Below are positions 30,301 to 40,101 of a DNA stretch of 64,000 bases, piece after piece. The stretch is from an uncultured Gemmatimonadaceae bacterium (GTDB lineage: Bacteria > Gemmatimonadota > Gemmatimonadetes > Gemmatimonadales > Gemmatimonadaceae). A program made the position numbers and the translations under genes. Location of the stretch: the NCBI GenBank assembly GCA_963843845.1, contig CAWJMB010000003.1, positions 32,001 through 96,000 of the forward strand, given 5' to 3'. The notes under the pieces are model-generated. The model was not told the origin of the DNA, made no database searches, and worked only from the letters and a program-made list of their open reading frames with translations. Numbering within the stretch: position 1 is the first letter of the stretch; each line of letters begins with the position of its first letter.

Positions 30301-31217
30301 GCGGGGGCAGCGTGTCCGCGCCCAGCGTTCCGTTCACCTGCACACGGAGCCTCGGCACGTCGGGCGTAGTGACCTGCACGACCTCGGTGCCGCTCGGCAC
30401 GCCGCTGACCGTCATCGCGGCACCCGACAGCCGCTCGGCGTTCTCGGGGTGGGGCGGGGCGTGCGCGGCGTTCGGCACGTCGAGCTCGTGCACGATCACG
30501 CCGACGGCCGCGACGACGGTGAGCGCTACCTTCACCGAGATGCTGACCAGCGTCTCGCTCTACGGGATCGCCGGGTCCGAGGGCAACGGCACGCTCACAT
30601 CGAGTGGTCCGTCGCCGGCGTTGAACTGCACCATCACTGGTAGTCTCGGGACGGGCGTGTGCGGCGGATCGTACTCGCGCACGGGAACGCTCACCATCAC
30701 GGCCCAGCCGAGTCCGGGATACGCTTTCGACGGTTTCGCGGGCTATTGCACGGGCTCGTCGTCGACCGTCTGCACCATCCCGCTCACCGGCGCGCCGGCG
30801 TCGATCGCGCTCGGCGTGCGCTTCTCGCCGGCGGTCACGCTGTCGCTCCATGTCTACGACGACATCCCACGCTACGACACGGTGACGGTCCAGGCGGGCG
30901 GGCGGACGCTCCCGCCCTGCACGCTCGGCAGCGACGCGGCGACGTTCCGACTCTGTGAGTACGACGTCCCGGTCCGCGCGACCGTACGCTACGTCGCGTC
31001 GCCGGCGTCTCGGTTCTACGGCTTCGACAACGAGGCCGGCTGTCAGGAAAGCTTCGTGTCGCCGGTGTGCACGTTCACGGCGCCGCCGTCGGGCGCCACG
31101 GCATACGCGGCGTTCGCCGCTCCGTCGATCCGCGCCCAGCCGTCGCGGTCGCCGTCGCCGCGGCGCGTGCCGGTCCGCCCGCGCCCGGGCATGAACGCCT
31201 CCGAGCCGCCACGCTGA
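27366..31217 (+). CDS. large surface lipoprotein: Ig-like (Big_2) domain plus about 10-11 Cys-containing divergent InlB-B-like repeats
   Basis: Lipobox LTGC; ITFQSDAPTIARVD...GVVTGLTPGRARITA; repeated G.GSGTV.S.P.GI.C...VTLTATP..GS.F.GWSG.C.G...CTV. Confidence 0.8.
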   Translation: MHTRSLFGSQPRATDRATSRRNALVTLATLVALGGLTGCSTLDDAVSPGRRGDAAAPARLALSAEIGSYSRSSAAATPGVRIQPAYIRSDESRVPLTPQTVTLDGATTQQLPFTVDLSVCLSDAQRKRAAGSDDATCLVAITVTLLDGDTPVDQQTVGPLALRAGGSTAVNEPIRLFQIGTVRVAQASGATGPAQVVTGGTLALATTLTSTTGQTITGRPITFQSDAPTIARVDPSTGVVTGLTPGRARITALAGTTSGGIDVTVTFPPSQITVGAGTGAGSGVVRSSPAGIDCRIVAGVASGTCSGSFPSDAQVTLTAIADANAVLGTFGGACVGAIGGSCTIDASQARTVSVSFAALRRIAVAGVGSGSGTVTGPGIACTITDGVASGTCAATALDGTVVTLTASPAARQVFQGFTGACTTSATTCTVTLTADASVAARFAPLQALSVSLVGGGGGSVTISVPAGAGESRTCVLTPGREPTPCLVDVPPGTVVTLAATAAPGSTFDGFTGACGGTGACSVTVDGAASVAARFTPRSLTLSVTVGGAGAGTVFVNGAAACTLTAGTGSRTCTLPISGSTPLTLTATPANGSSFIGFSGACSGQGSCTITPAGDTSVGAAFAPIGIAISVQGMAGARGAGVVTSAPSGISCSVTGSSATGACATTFPFGSTVTLSASPAAGSTFVRWGGECAAATGPTCTITLSSTISPLVTVEFGVGNVPLAVVRAGTGSGTVVSSDSAGRINCGATCTGSYPFGATVTLFATPASGSTFAGWSGGGCSGIGSCTVTLTSATTVTATFTLQSRTLTVVRAGAGTGSVTSSPAGISCGATCAAPFTFGTTVTLTATPAAPGNTFTGWSGGGCSGVGTCTVTLTSDVTVTATFAIATASITVSTTGAGSGTVTSSPVGISCPTTCSANFQIGSTVVLTATPTNGSTFAGWSGACTGASTCSIVVPAGGANVSAQFTPATVPLTVNLTGTGGGSVSAPSVPFTCTRSLGTSGVVTCTTSVPLGTPLTVIAAPDSRSAFSGWGGACAAFGTSSSCTITPTAATTVSATFTEMLTSVSLYGIAGSEGNGTLTSSGPSPALNCTITGSLGTGVCGGSYSRTGTLTITAQPSPGYAFDGFAGYCTGSSSTVCTIPLTGAPASIALGVRFSPAVTLSLHVYDDIPRYDTVTVQAGGRTLPPCTLGSDAATFRLCEYDVPVRATVRYVASPASRFYGFDNEAGCQESFVSPVCTFTAPPSGATAYAAFAAPSIRAQPSRSPSPRRVPVRPRPGMNASEPPR

Positions 31218-31305
31218 CGACACGTGGCGGCTCGGGCTCGGAGTTGAAGGACGCGGGTGTGAACCGTCGTGCGCTGTCGTGAGCTGTCGTGGCCGGCCGG
31301 TCGAC

Positions 31306-32097
31306 TCAGGGAGTCGGGCGGCCGGTGCCCGTTTCGATCGACGCGAGGCGCATCTTCGCGACCTCGAAGTCCGGGTTCGCCGCGAGCGCGTCCTTGTACA
31401 GCGTCGTCGCCGCCGCCTTGTTGCCGCGGTCCTGCTGCTCGAGCGCGCGGCTCATGAGCATCGCCGCGCGGAACTGGTTCGCCCCCGAGGCGACCGCCGC
31501 GTTCGACTTCACGACCGGCACGCGCATCGCGAGCTGCGGAAGCTTGAGCCCCGCGTTCACCTTGCTCCCCAGCTCGGTGATCTTCGGGAGCAGATCCTCG
31601 TCTTTCCCTTCGACCGTCTCGACGTACTCGATCTGCGACGTCTCGACGTTCACCGAGCGCACGTCGATACGCATCTTGTGCTTCGGATCGATGACGAACG
31701 ACCCCATGAGCATGTGGTGCGCACCGAGGATCTTGCCGAGTTGCACCGCGGTCTCCTTGTCGACGCGGTTGCCGCTCCCCAAATTCTGCTCCTCGATGAG
31801 CTGCTGCAGCCGGTCGCGCTCGACGACGCGGACGCCCGGGTTCCGCGCGAGCTCGGTGATCATCATCTCCGCCATCCCCTTGCTGAGCGGCGCGTAGTCG
31901 GCGTTACCCACCAGCGCCCCGTTCGTGAAGTAGAGCACGGCGATCGTCGGGCGCCCGTCGCTCGCGCCGGGCGCGGCCACGACAGGTTGCCGTTGCGCGG
32001 CCGCCGGCAGCGCCGAGAGCGCGACGGCCGACAGGGCGACGGCACGCAGTGCGAGAACGGTGCGGCGGGGATTCAGTGACAGGCGAAAGCGCGACAT
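31306..32097 (-). CDS. CsgG/HfaB-like periplasmic protein with C-terminal TPR-like helices
   Basis: Signal peptide AAA-Q, PTIAVLYF, GMAEMMITEL, VVERDRLQQLIEEQ, TAVQLGKILGAHHMLMGS. Confidence 0.8.
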   Translation of the reverse strand: MSRFRLSLNPRRTVLALRAVALSAVALSALPAAAQRQPVVAAPGASDGRPTIAVLYFTNGALVGNADYAPLSKGMAEMMITELARNPGVRVVERDRLQQLIEEQNLGSGNRVDKETAVQLGKILGAHHMLMGSFVIDPKHKMRIDVRSVNVETSQIEYVETVEGKDEDLLPKITELGSKVNAGLKLPQLAMRVPVVKSNAAVASGANQFRAAMLMSRALEQQDRGNKAAATTLYKDALAANPDFEVAKMRLASIETGTGRPTP

Positions 32098-32264
32098 GCG
32101 AAACCTCGGCGTGAGTTGAGCCAGCTTCAACGTGTGTAAGGTCGTGCCGACCGCGTAGGTCGGCAATAGAGCTCGGACGGCGGCAGGTGACGCGGTGATG
32201 ACGCCGCCCCGCGTGCCACCGTCCCACGATCGTGTCACCGGCGATACTTCTGGTCGTTCCTGCC

Positions 32265-34103
32265 ATGCCCAAGCTCTGCTCCGTCTGCGGCGTCACCTAC
32301 TCCGACGCGCTCGTCTTCTGCCCCGCCGACGGGACGACGCTGCGCGTCGCCGACGTGCGCGAGGACCTCGTCGGCAGCGTCATCGCCGACCGCTACCTCG
32401 TCACCGACGTCCTCGGCGAAGGGGGGATGGGGACGGTGTACCTCGCGCGGCACGTGCGCCTGCCGCAGCAGTCGGCGATCAAGGTGCTGCGCAAGCACAT
32501 GCTGCAGGATCCGTCGGCCGTCGCGCGCTTCAACCGGGAGGCGGCGAACGCGAGCCGCATCGACCACGACCGCGTGGCGCGCGTCTACGACTACGGCGAG
32601 ATGAGCGACGGCATCGTCTACCTGGCGATGGAGTTCGTGCCGGGGAAGACGCTGAAGGCGCTGCTCGCCGAGGGCCCGATGGAGCCGGCGCGCGCCGCGG
32701 AGCTCGTGCGTCAGATCGGCGAGGGGCTCGACGCGGCGCATCGCATGGAGATCGTGCACCGCGATCTGAAGCCGGAGAACGTGATGGTCATTCGCGACGC
32801 CGACGACACCGAGCGGGTGAAGGTCGTCGACTTCGGCATCGCGAAGGCGTTCGGCGACGATGCGAGCGGCGGCACGGTGCTCACGCGTACGGGGTTCATC
32901 GTCGGCACGCCCGAGTTCATGAGCCCCGAGCAACTGCTGGGCGGGTCGCTCGACGCGCGGAGCGACATCTATGCGCTCGCGCTCGTCGCGTATCACTGTC
33001 TGACGGGCGACCTGCCGTTCTCCACGAACACGCCGGACTTCGGCATGGCCGCGCGCCTCATGACGCCGCCGAAGCCGCTGACGGCGGTGCGGCCGTCGGT
33101 GCGGTGGCCGAGGGCGGTGCAGAGCGTGTTCGACCAGGCGCTCGCGCGCGACCCGGCCGAGCGGCAGACGAGCGCCGGAGCGTTCGCGCGGGCGCTCGCG
33201 GCGGCGATCGAGGAGTGGCAGAGCAGCGACGGAGACGCGGCGCTGGCGTCGAGCACGACCGCGTCGGCCGCGACGTCGAGCGCATCGGCACCGACGACCT
33301 CGTCGGCCTCGTCGACCGCGTCGACGCGGTCGGCGCCTCCAGCGGCGGTGCCTGCGCCGGTTCCCCAGCCCGTCGCGCCACCACTCGCGTCGCCGAGCGG
33401 CGCGGGGACGGCGACGCCGGCGAAGCAACGCTCGCTCGTCGTGCCCATCGCCGCTGGCATCGTGCTGCTCGTCGCAGCGGGCGGGGGCGCGATGATGTTC
33501 AGCGCCCGCGACGAGCCGCCAGGCGCGGACCTGCCGAACGCGCCGTCGGAGCGCGCGGTCGCGGGGACCGGCGCGGCGTCGGGCGCGGTGCCGAACGTGA
33601 CGCCGAATGCGCCGGTGCAGGGAGGTGGAAACGGCGGCGTGCCTAACGGGGCGGTGCCGAACGGACCTTCGCCGAGCGGAGGTGCGCTGACGAATGGTAG
33701 CGTGCCTAACGCGTCCGTATCGCCGCCCACCCCCCCGCGTACGGCCGGCGGCGTGACGACGGCACCTCCGTCGGCGGGGAGCGGCGCCGCGAACGGCGCC
33801 GCGAATGGCGCCGCGAACGGCGCCGCCGCGCGTCAGACGCTCGACAGCCTGTCCGAGGCCATCGCGAACGGCGACGACGCGGCGGCGCAGCGCGCCATTC
33901 CTGCCCTCACGAGGCTGATCCCGAGGCTGACGACGCGCATCGACAGCACGTGGGCGCAGATCCGGCTCGTCGAGGCGAACGCGGTGCTGTCGCAGAACAC
34001 GCAGGCGTGCGCCGCGCTGCGGCAGGCGCGGGCACTCGCGAGCACGGACGCGCAGCGGCAGGCGTTGGCGAGGTACGAAGGGATGCTGCCGTGCAGTGGG
34101 TGA
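32265..34103 (+). CDS. Hanks-type Ser/Thr protein kinase, single TM
   Basis: N-terminal CxxC...CP, GEGGMG, AIK, HRDLKPEN, DFG, GTPEFMSPE; TM helix then exterior helical domain. Confidence 0.95.
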   Translation: MPKLCSVCGVTYSDALVFCPADGTTLRVADVREDLVGSVIADRYLVTDVLGEGGMGTVYLARHVRLPQQSAIKVLRKHMLQDPSAVARFNREAANASRIDHDRVARVYDYGEMSDGIVYLAMEFVPGKTLKALLAEGPMEPARAAELVRQIGEGLDAAHRMEIVHRDLKPENVMVIRDADDTERVKVVDFGIAKAFGDDASGGTVLTRTGFIVGTPEFMSPEQLLGGSLDARSDIYALALVAYHCLTGDLPFSTNTPDFGMAARLMTPPKPLTAVRPSVRWPRAVQSVFDQALARDPAERQTSAGAFARALAAAIEEWQSSDGDAALASSTTASAATSSASAPTTSSASSTASTRSAPPAAVPAPVPQPVAPPLASPSGAGTATPAKQRSLVVPIAAGIVLLVAAGGGAMMFSARDEPPGADLPNAPSERAVAGTGAASGAVPNVTPNAPVQGGGNGGVPNGAVPNGPSPSGGALTNGSVPNASVSPPTPPRTAGGVTTAPPSAGSGAANGAANGAANGAAARQTLDSLSEAIANGDDAAAQRAIPALTRLIPRLTTRIDSTWAQIRLVEANAVLSQNTQACAALRQARALASTDAQRQALARYEGMLPCSG

Positions 34104-34174
34104 GGGCGCGCCGAGAGCGCGCCGCGCGAGCAGGAGACGCGGCGCGCCGTGCAGACCGGCGTCCTCGACGCAGT

Positions 34175-34212
34175 CAGCCGCGCTCGGCGCCGCCAGCCGC
34201 GCTCGGCGCCGC
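34175..34212. repeat. 19-bp tandem duplication
   Basis: CAGCCGCGCTCGGCGCCGC x2 between convergent kinase and glpK. Confidence 0.7.
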
Positions 34213-34220
34213 CATCGCGC

Positions 34221-35777
34221 TCACTCCAGGGTGTCGGGCTGCTCCCACCCCGCCGCGCGCTCGACGGCGCGTAGCCAGCGACTCGTGAGACGCGTCCGTG
34301 CGCGCTCGTCGAGGCGCGGCTCGTAGCGACGCGCGCACTGCCACCGCGACGCGAGCTCGTCGCGGTCGCGCCAGAAGCCGGTCGCGAGCCCCGCGAGATA
34401 CGCCGCGCCCAACGCCGTCGTCTCGGTGACGCGCGGCACCTCGACCGGCACGCCCAGCACGTCGGCCTGGAACTGCATGAGGAACCCGTTCACCGCCGCA
34501 CCGCCGTCGGCGCGGAGCGGGCGGTCCCCGTCGCGGCCGACGCCCTCGATTCCGATCCCCGCGTCGCGCGCCATCGCCGCCACCACGTCCGACGTCTGAT
34601 AGGCCATGCTCTCGAGCGCGGCGCGCGCGAGGTGGGCGCGCGTCGTGCCGCGCGTGAGGCCCAACAGCGTGCCGCGCGCGTACGGGTCCCAGTGCGGCGC
34701 GCCGAGCCCGGTGAGCGCGGGAACGAAGTACACCCCCTCGTTCGACGGCAGCGACTCGGCGAGCGCCTCCGTCTCCGCCGCCGTGGCGATGATGCCGAGC
34801 CCGTCGCGCAGCCACTGCACGGCGGCGCCGGCGACGAAGATCGAGCCCTCGAGCGCGTACTCGGCGGGCTCGCCGTCGAGCTGCCAGGCGAGCGTCGTCA
34901 GCAGCCCCGACCGACTCGGCACCGCACGCCGACCGGTGTGCATCATCAGGAACGCGCCGGTGCCGTACGTGTTCTTGACCATCCCCGCGCGGAAGCACGC
35001 CTGCCCGAACAGCGCCGCGTGCTGGTCGCCGGCGACGCCTGCGATCGGAACGTGCGGCGCCGAGGAACGCGTCGGGGGCGGTGTGCGCGTGAACGGCGGC
35101 GGAGGGGCGCACGGTCGGGAGCACGCGCTCGGGGACGCCGAACGCGTCGAGGAGCGTCGCGTCCCAGCGCAGCTCGTCGATGTTGAAGAGCAGCGTGCGC
35201 GACGCGTTCGTGACGTCGGTCGTGTGCGCGGCACCGGCGGCCGCGGTGCCGCCGCTCAGCTGCCAGACGAGCCACGCGTCGATCGTTCCGAACGCGAGCT
35301 CGCCGCGCTCGGCGCGCGCGCGCGAGACCGGGGACTTCGTCGAGCAGCCAGCGCAGCTTCGTGGCCGAGAAGTACGGGTCGAGCACGAGCCCGGTGCGGC
35401 GCCGGACCTCCGCCTCGAGGCCGTCGGCTTTCAGACGTTCGCACGTCGGCGCGGTCCGACGGTCCTGCCAGACGATCGCGCGGTGCACGGGCTCGCCGGT
35501 CGCGCGGTCCCAGAGCACCGTCGTCTCGCGCTGGTTCGTGATGCCGACGGCGCGTACGTCGCCCGGCCGCACGCCGGCGTCGGCGAGCGCGGCGCCGACC
35601 AGACGCCGCACGCCGCGCCAGATCTCGGTCGGCGTCGTGCTCCACCCAGCCGGGCCGCGGGTAGTGCTGCGTGATCTCACCGTACGCGCGCCCGCGGATC
35701 GTCGCCGCGTGGTCGAACACGAGGACCGTCGTGCCGGTCGTCCCCTGATCGATCGCCAGTACCACGCCGTCACTCAT
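34221..35777 (-). CDS. glpK: glycerol kinase; frameshifted
   Basis: [73 protein letters not shown]. Confidence 0.93.
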
Positions 35778-35829
35778 CGGTCCTCGCTCCGTCAGGTCGC
35801 GTCGCGTCGGGGGGCGGTGCGTGAGGCAG

Positions 35830-36418
35830 TCAGCGGAATGTCGCGCCGCCGGTGCGGTCGTCGCGCACGAAGCGGTCGCGCGCGGGCATGCGCACCTGCG
35901 GCAGGGTGCGCGCGTCGATCACCGCGTCTCTGGCGATCACCTCGTTCTCGGCGAGCAGGAACGCCGTGAGGTCGTAGACCTCGCCCGGCGTGAGCGACCC
36001 GGCCGCGCCGAGCGGCATCGCGCGATGGATGTAGTCGTAGACCGTCGTCGCGTACGGCCAGTAGTTGCCGACCGTCTTCGGGATGCTTAAGTCCTTGCCG
36101 AACGGAAAGCTGTCGCGCGGCTCGCGGCCGATGACGCGGGGGATCGCGGCGGAGCCGGTGCCGGTCCCCTCGCCCCGCGCGCCGTGGCAGGCGGCGCACT
36201 TCTGCGCGTAGATCGGGGCACTCGCCGGCGTGCGTGCCGCTGCCCGGCGGCAGGCCGACACCCGCGGGGTTGGCGTCGATGTCGACCGCCGCGAGCCTCG
36301 GCGGCCGTGGCGACGCGCCCGACGTTCCAGCGCTCAGGGCGCTCGGCTGGCGCGCGCGCCGGACGCGTCCGCAGGCGGCGAGCGCCGATGTCGCGGCGAG
36401 CACCGCCAGGCAGCGCAC
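35830..36418 (-). CDS. monoheme cytochrome c, SoxD/SorB-like; frameshifted
   Basis: [47 protein letters not shown]; 5' end approximate. Confidence 0.8.
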
Positions 36419-36484
36419 GTCAGGCGTCCGCGCAGCGCAGGCGAGCCGTGCGCGACAGGGTCCGGCCGACAGGCTTCTGGCGGG

Positions 36485-37853
36485 TCACGGACTCAGCACT
36501 CCGAAGAACACGCGACCGTCTGCGCTCGACGAGCCACGTGCGGATGAAGTTGAAGTGGTAGTCGGTGCCCGGACCGCGCGTCTTCGCGGAACGTCGCGAG
36601 CGTCGGCTGCACGTGCCGGTCTCGTCGATCGGCGCGGCTCATCAGCGTCGCCGGCTGCCCGTCCCACCGCCACAGGTAGCGGAAGCGCGTCGTGCGCCTT
36701 CGGGCTCACCGTGCCGAGCAGCTCGGCTTCGTTCCAGCGACCGGCCGCCGTCGGTGCTCACGTCGACACGCGTGATGCGCCCGCGGCCGCTCCACGCGAG
36801 GCCGCTGACTGGCCACCAGCCGGGCGTCAGTGAGGCGCGCCGGGATGCGTCGGCGACGTGATGATCGACTTCGCGTCCATCACGAAGCTGAACTGGCGCG
36901 CGGTGCCGTTCGGCAGCGGATCGGTGTACTTCGACGTCTCGTCGCGCGACATGTTCGGCTGCTCGATCGACCTCGAGGCGGCGCAGCCACTTGATGCACA
37001 TGTTGCCCTCGTAGCCGGGGAGCAGCAGCCGCGCGGGGTAGCCGTTCGCGGCGCGCAGCGGCTCGCCGTTCTGCGCGTAGGCGACGATCAGCGTCGTCCG
37101 TCGGCAGCTTCTCCATCGGGATGCTGCGCGACAGCACCGCCGCGTCGCCTCCCTCGGCGAGCACCCACGTCGCGCCGCGCTCGCACGCCCGGCCTCGCGC
37201 AGCAGCGCGTGCCACCGCGACGCCCGTCCACTCGCGAGTTGCTCGTCATGCCGTCGATGACCTGCGGCGTCATCTCGCGCTTCGGCGTGCGGTACGCGGC
37301 GCGTCCGTTGCCCGAGCACTCGACGAAGTACGGCGCGCGTCACCGGCGGGAGGCGGCTTCAGATCGTCGAGCGTGAAGACGAGCGCGCGGTCGGTCGATG
37401 CCGTGCACGAGGAGCTGCCAGCGCGCGGGTCGATGAGCGCGATGCCGCCGTGGTGCCGCTGGAAGTGCAGGTCGGACGGCGTGATCGTGCCCGTCAGCTC
37501 CTGCAGCGGCGTGTACGACGGGCCCGGTCGACGACGCCGATCGGCGTGCGCGCGGGGGTGACGAACGGCGAGCGCGCCGACTGCGCCGTCGTCGGGGTGC
37601 CCAACACCGTCGACGCGTCGGGCGGGACGTCGGCGGCCGTCATGACGGCCGGCGCGGGCGGGGCCGCGGTCGACGCGGCGTTCGGCGCGCCGGCGGGCGG
37701 AGCGGTCGGCGGCGTGGGCGGCGGCTGCGGCGTCGGCGACGCGCCGAGGGGGAGCGTCTCGAGGACGGCGCCGCCGACGGCTGCGGCGGTGCCGGCGAGC
37801 AGCGCGCGGCGCGACAGGCGCGGCGTGGAGTCCGGGTCGGAGGGCGTCGTCAT
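36485..37853 (-). CDS. soxC: sulfite oxidase family molybdoprotein (SoxC/SorA-like), Tat-exported; frameshifted
   Basis: Tat signal LSRRALLAG, TPLQELTGTITPSDLHFQRHHGG, AYAQNGEPLRAANGYPARLLLPGYEGNMCIKWLRR, SGLAWSGRG. Confidence 0.8.
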
Positions 37854-38044
37854 GGCTCCCGTATTCTACAGCAGCGCGACCGCGCCGAGGGCTCGCGTTG
37901 CCGACCGAGAGTCGGCGAGATTCTCCGTGCCGCGGGCGGAGCGCGCCGCCGGGCGGCACGCCAGTCGCGGAGCCGAACGCGCCCGGCCGCGGTCCTCAGA
38001 CCGGAGTGGCTCGCGCCGGGCCCCTGCCTAACGAACGGATCGCA

Positions 38045-39232
38045 ATGTCCGACGTGCTCGTGAAAGAAGATCTCGACGGCGCGCCGCTCGCGCCGCCGGA
38101 GCGTCCGGGAACGACCCTCGGAGCGCTCGTTCCCGGCGTCGCGCTCTCCGGCGCGCTCGGCGCCGTCGCGACGGCGATCGCGACATGGGTCGGCGTCGAC
38201 CTCCTCGGCTACGCGAAGTCGCCGATCAGCGCGATCCCGCTCACCGTGCTGCTCGGACTGGTCGTGCGCGACACGGTCGGCGTCCCGGCCGTCTGCGACG
38301 CAGGACTCCGGTTCTGTGTGAAGCGCGTGCTGCGCGTCGGCGTCGTGCTGCTCGGCGTGCGGCTCAGCCTCGTCGACGCCGGCGCCACCGGGCTCGTCGC
38401 GCTGCCGCTCGTGCTCGCATGCATCGCCGTCGCGATCGTCGTCGTCCGGGCGCTGGCGCGCGCGCTCGCGCTGCCGGCGCGGCTCGGCACGCTGATCGCC
38501 GTGGGTACGAGCATCTGCGGCGTGACGGCGATCGTCGCCACGGCGCCGGTGATCGACGCGAGCGAGGACGAGGTGAGCTACGCCGTCGCGGTCATCGCGC
38601 TGTTCGGCACGCTCGCCCTGTTCGCGTATCCGTTCCTCGCGCACGCCCTCTTCGTCGACCCACGCCACGCCGGGTTCTTCCTCGGCACCGCCATTCACGA
38701 CACGTCGCAGGTCGCCGGCGCCGGGCTCACGTACCAGCAGCAATTCGGCGCGCCGCAGGCGCTCGACGTCGCGGTGGTCACGAAGCTCGTGCGCAACACG
38801 TGCATGGTCGCCGTGATTCCCCTCGCCCGCGCGATGCACGGACCTGCGCGGGGCGCTGCGGCACACGTCGGCGTATCGAGCCGCGAGGCGCCCGACGGTG
38901 CGGCGCTGGGGGCGAGTCGGGTGTCCGACTACGTGCCGCCCTTCATTCTCGCGTTCATCGGCATGGCGGCGCTCCGCACGGTCGGCGACCTCGGCGCGCG
39001 GCCGTTCGGCGTGCTCGACCCTGCCGTCTGGGGCGCGTTCGTCGCCGGCGCGCAGCGCGTGGCCGAGGTCGCGCTGCTCCTCGCGATGGGCGCCGTCGGC
39101 CTCAGCACGAGCCTGCGGCGCCTGCGCGTGCTCGGCGTGCGTCCGCTCGTGGCGGGGACGGCGGCGGCGTGCTGCGTCGGCATCGTGAGCGTTGTCCTGA
39201 TTCGCGCGCTCGACGCGTTGTCGCTGATCTGA
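38045..39232 (+). CDS. YeiH/UPF0324 putative sulfate/sulfite exporter
   Basis: LIAVGTSICGVTAIVAT, GTAIHDTSQV, VVTKLVRN, AMGAVGLST; many TM helices. Confidence 0.88.
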   Translation: MSDVLVKEDLDGAPLAPPERPGTTLGALVPGVALSGALGAVATAIATWVGVDLLGYAKSPISAIPLTVLLGLVVRDTVGVPAVCDAGLRFCVKRVLRVGVVLLGVRLSLVDAGATGLVALPLVLACIAVAIVVVRALARALALPARLGTLIAVGTSICGVTAIVATAPVIDASEDEVSYAVAVIALFGTLALFAYPFLAHALFVDPRHAGFFLGTAIHDTSQVAGAGLTYQQQFGAPQALDVAVVTKLVRNTCMVAVIPLARAMHGPARGAAAHVGVSSREAPDGAALGASRVSDYVPPFILAFIGMAALRTVGDLGARPFGVLDPAVWGAFVAGAQRVAEVALLLAMGAVGLSTSLRRLRVLGVRPLVAGTAAACCVGIVSVVLIRALDALSLI

Positions 39233-39261
39233 CCCCGAGTCGGGCGCGATGGAACGTCACC

Positions 39262-39283
39262 CCCAGCCGCCGCGGCGGCTGGG
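39262..39283. terminator. GC hairpin between convergent yeiH and clpP
   Basis: CCCAGCCGC-CGCG-GCGGCTGGG. Confidence 0.45.
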
Positions 39284-39292
39284 CGGCGACCG

Positions 39293-39925
39293 TCAGGCCG
39301 TCACCGTCGGCTGCGCGCTCTCGTCGACGACCGCCCCGGGCATCGTGATCACCTCGTCGATGATCCCGTACCGCTTGGCCTCGTCCGCCGACATGTAGTA
39401 GTCGCGGTCGAAGTCGCGCTCGATGCGCTCGACCGGCTGCCCGGTGTGCTCGGACATGAGCCGGTTGATGAGCGTGCGCGTGCGGATCACTTCGCGCGCC
39501 GCGACTTCGATGTCGGACGCCGTGCCCTGCGCCCCGCCGGACGGCTGGTGCATCATGATCCGCGAGTGGGGCAGCGCGAAGCGCTTCCCTTTCGCCCCGC
39601 CCGCTGCGAGGAGGAAGCAACTGATGCTCGCCGCCATCCCCATGCAGATCGTGCTCACCGGCGAGCGCAGGAAACGCATCGTGTCGTACATCGCGAGCCC
39701 GGCGGAGACGACGCCGCCCGGCGAGTTGATGTAGATGCTGATGTCCTTCCCCGGATTGTCGCTGTCGAGGAAGAGCAGCTGCGCGATGATGACGTTGGCG
39801 ACGTCGTCGTCGACCGGCGTGCCGAGGAAGATGATGCGGTCCATCAGCAGGCGCGAGAAGATGTCGTACGTCCGCTCGCCGCGGCTCGACCGCTCGATGA
39901 TGTACGGCATGTAGAGATTGGACAC
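39293..39925 (-). CDS. clpP: ATP-dependent Clp protease proteolytic subunit
   Basis: [41 protein letters not shown]. Confidence 0.95.
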   Translation of the reverse strand: MSNLYMPYIIERSSRGERTYDIFSRLLMDRIIFLGTPVDDDVANVIIAQLLFLDSDNPGKDISIYINSPGGVVSAGLAMYDTMRFLRSPVSTICMGMAASISCFLLAAGGAKGKRFALPHSRIMMHQPSGGAQGTASDIEVAAREVIRTRTLINRLMSEHTGQPVERIERDFDRDYYMSADEAKRYGIIDEVITMPGAVVDESAQPTVTA

Positions 39926-39947
39926 GCTCGGCTCCGGTCGGAAGGAT

Positions 39948-39998
39948 GTTCGGCAGGCGTCAGGCGGGCGTCAGGCCCACGTCAGGCCCACCTCAGGC
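39948..39998. repeat. 11-bp-period array of GTCAGGC-like words
   Basis: GTTCGGC 39948; GTCAGGC 39959, 39970, 39981; CTCAGGC 39992. Confidence 0.75.
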
Positions 39999-40101
39999 GC
40001 GCGGCCGGGTGGAGGCGGCGCGCCGCGTTCCGGGCTCGTGGTCGGCGTCGCCCCACGGTGCGGGCGTCTCGCACGGGCGACCCGCGCTCGCACGGTCGCG
40101 C

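Noticed and set aside
34221..37853. Multiple frameshifts in glpK/soxCD (also M28 peptidase, ABC, tssL, tssF, clpV) as pseudogenes or programmed frameshifts
   Set aside because: Indels cluster regionally in GC runs while motifs stay intact and I saw no in-frame stops; best explained by long-read errors, to be confirmed with reads
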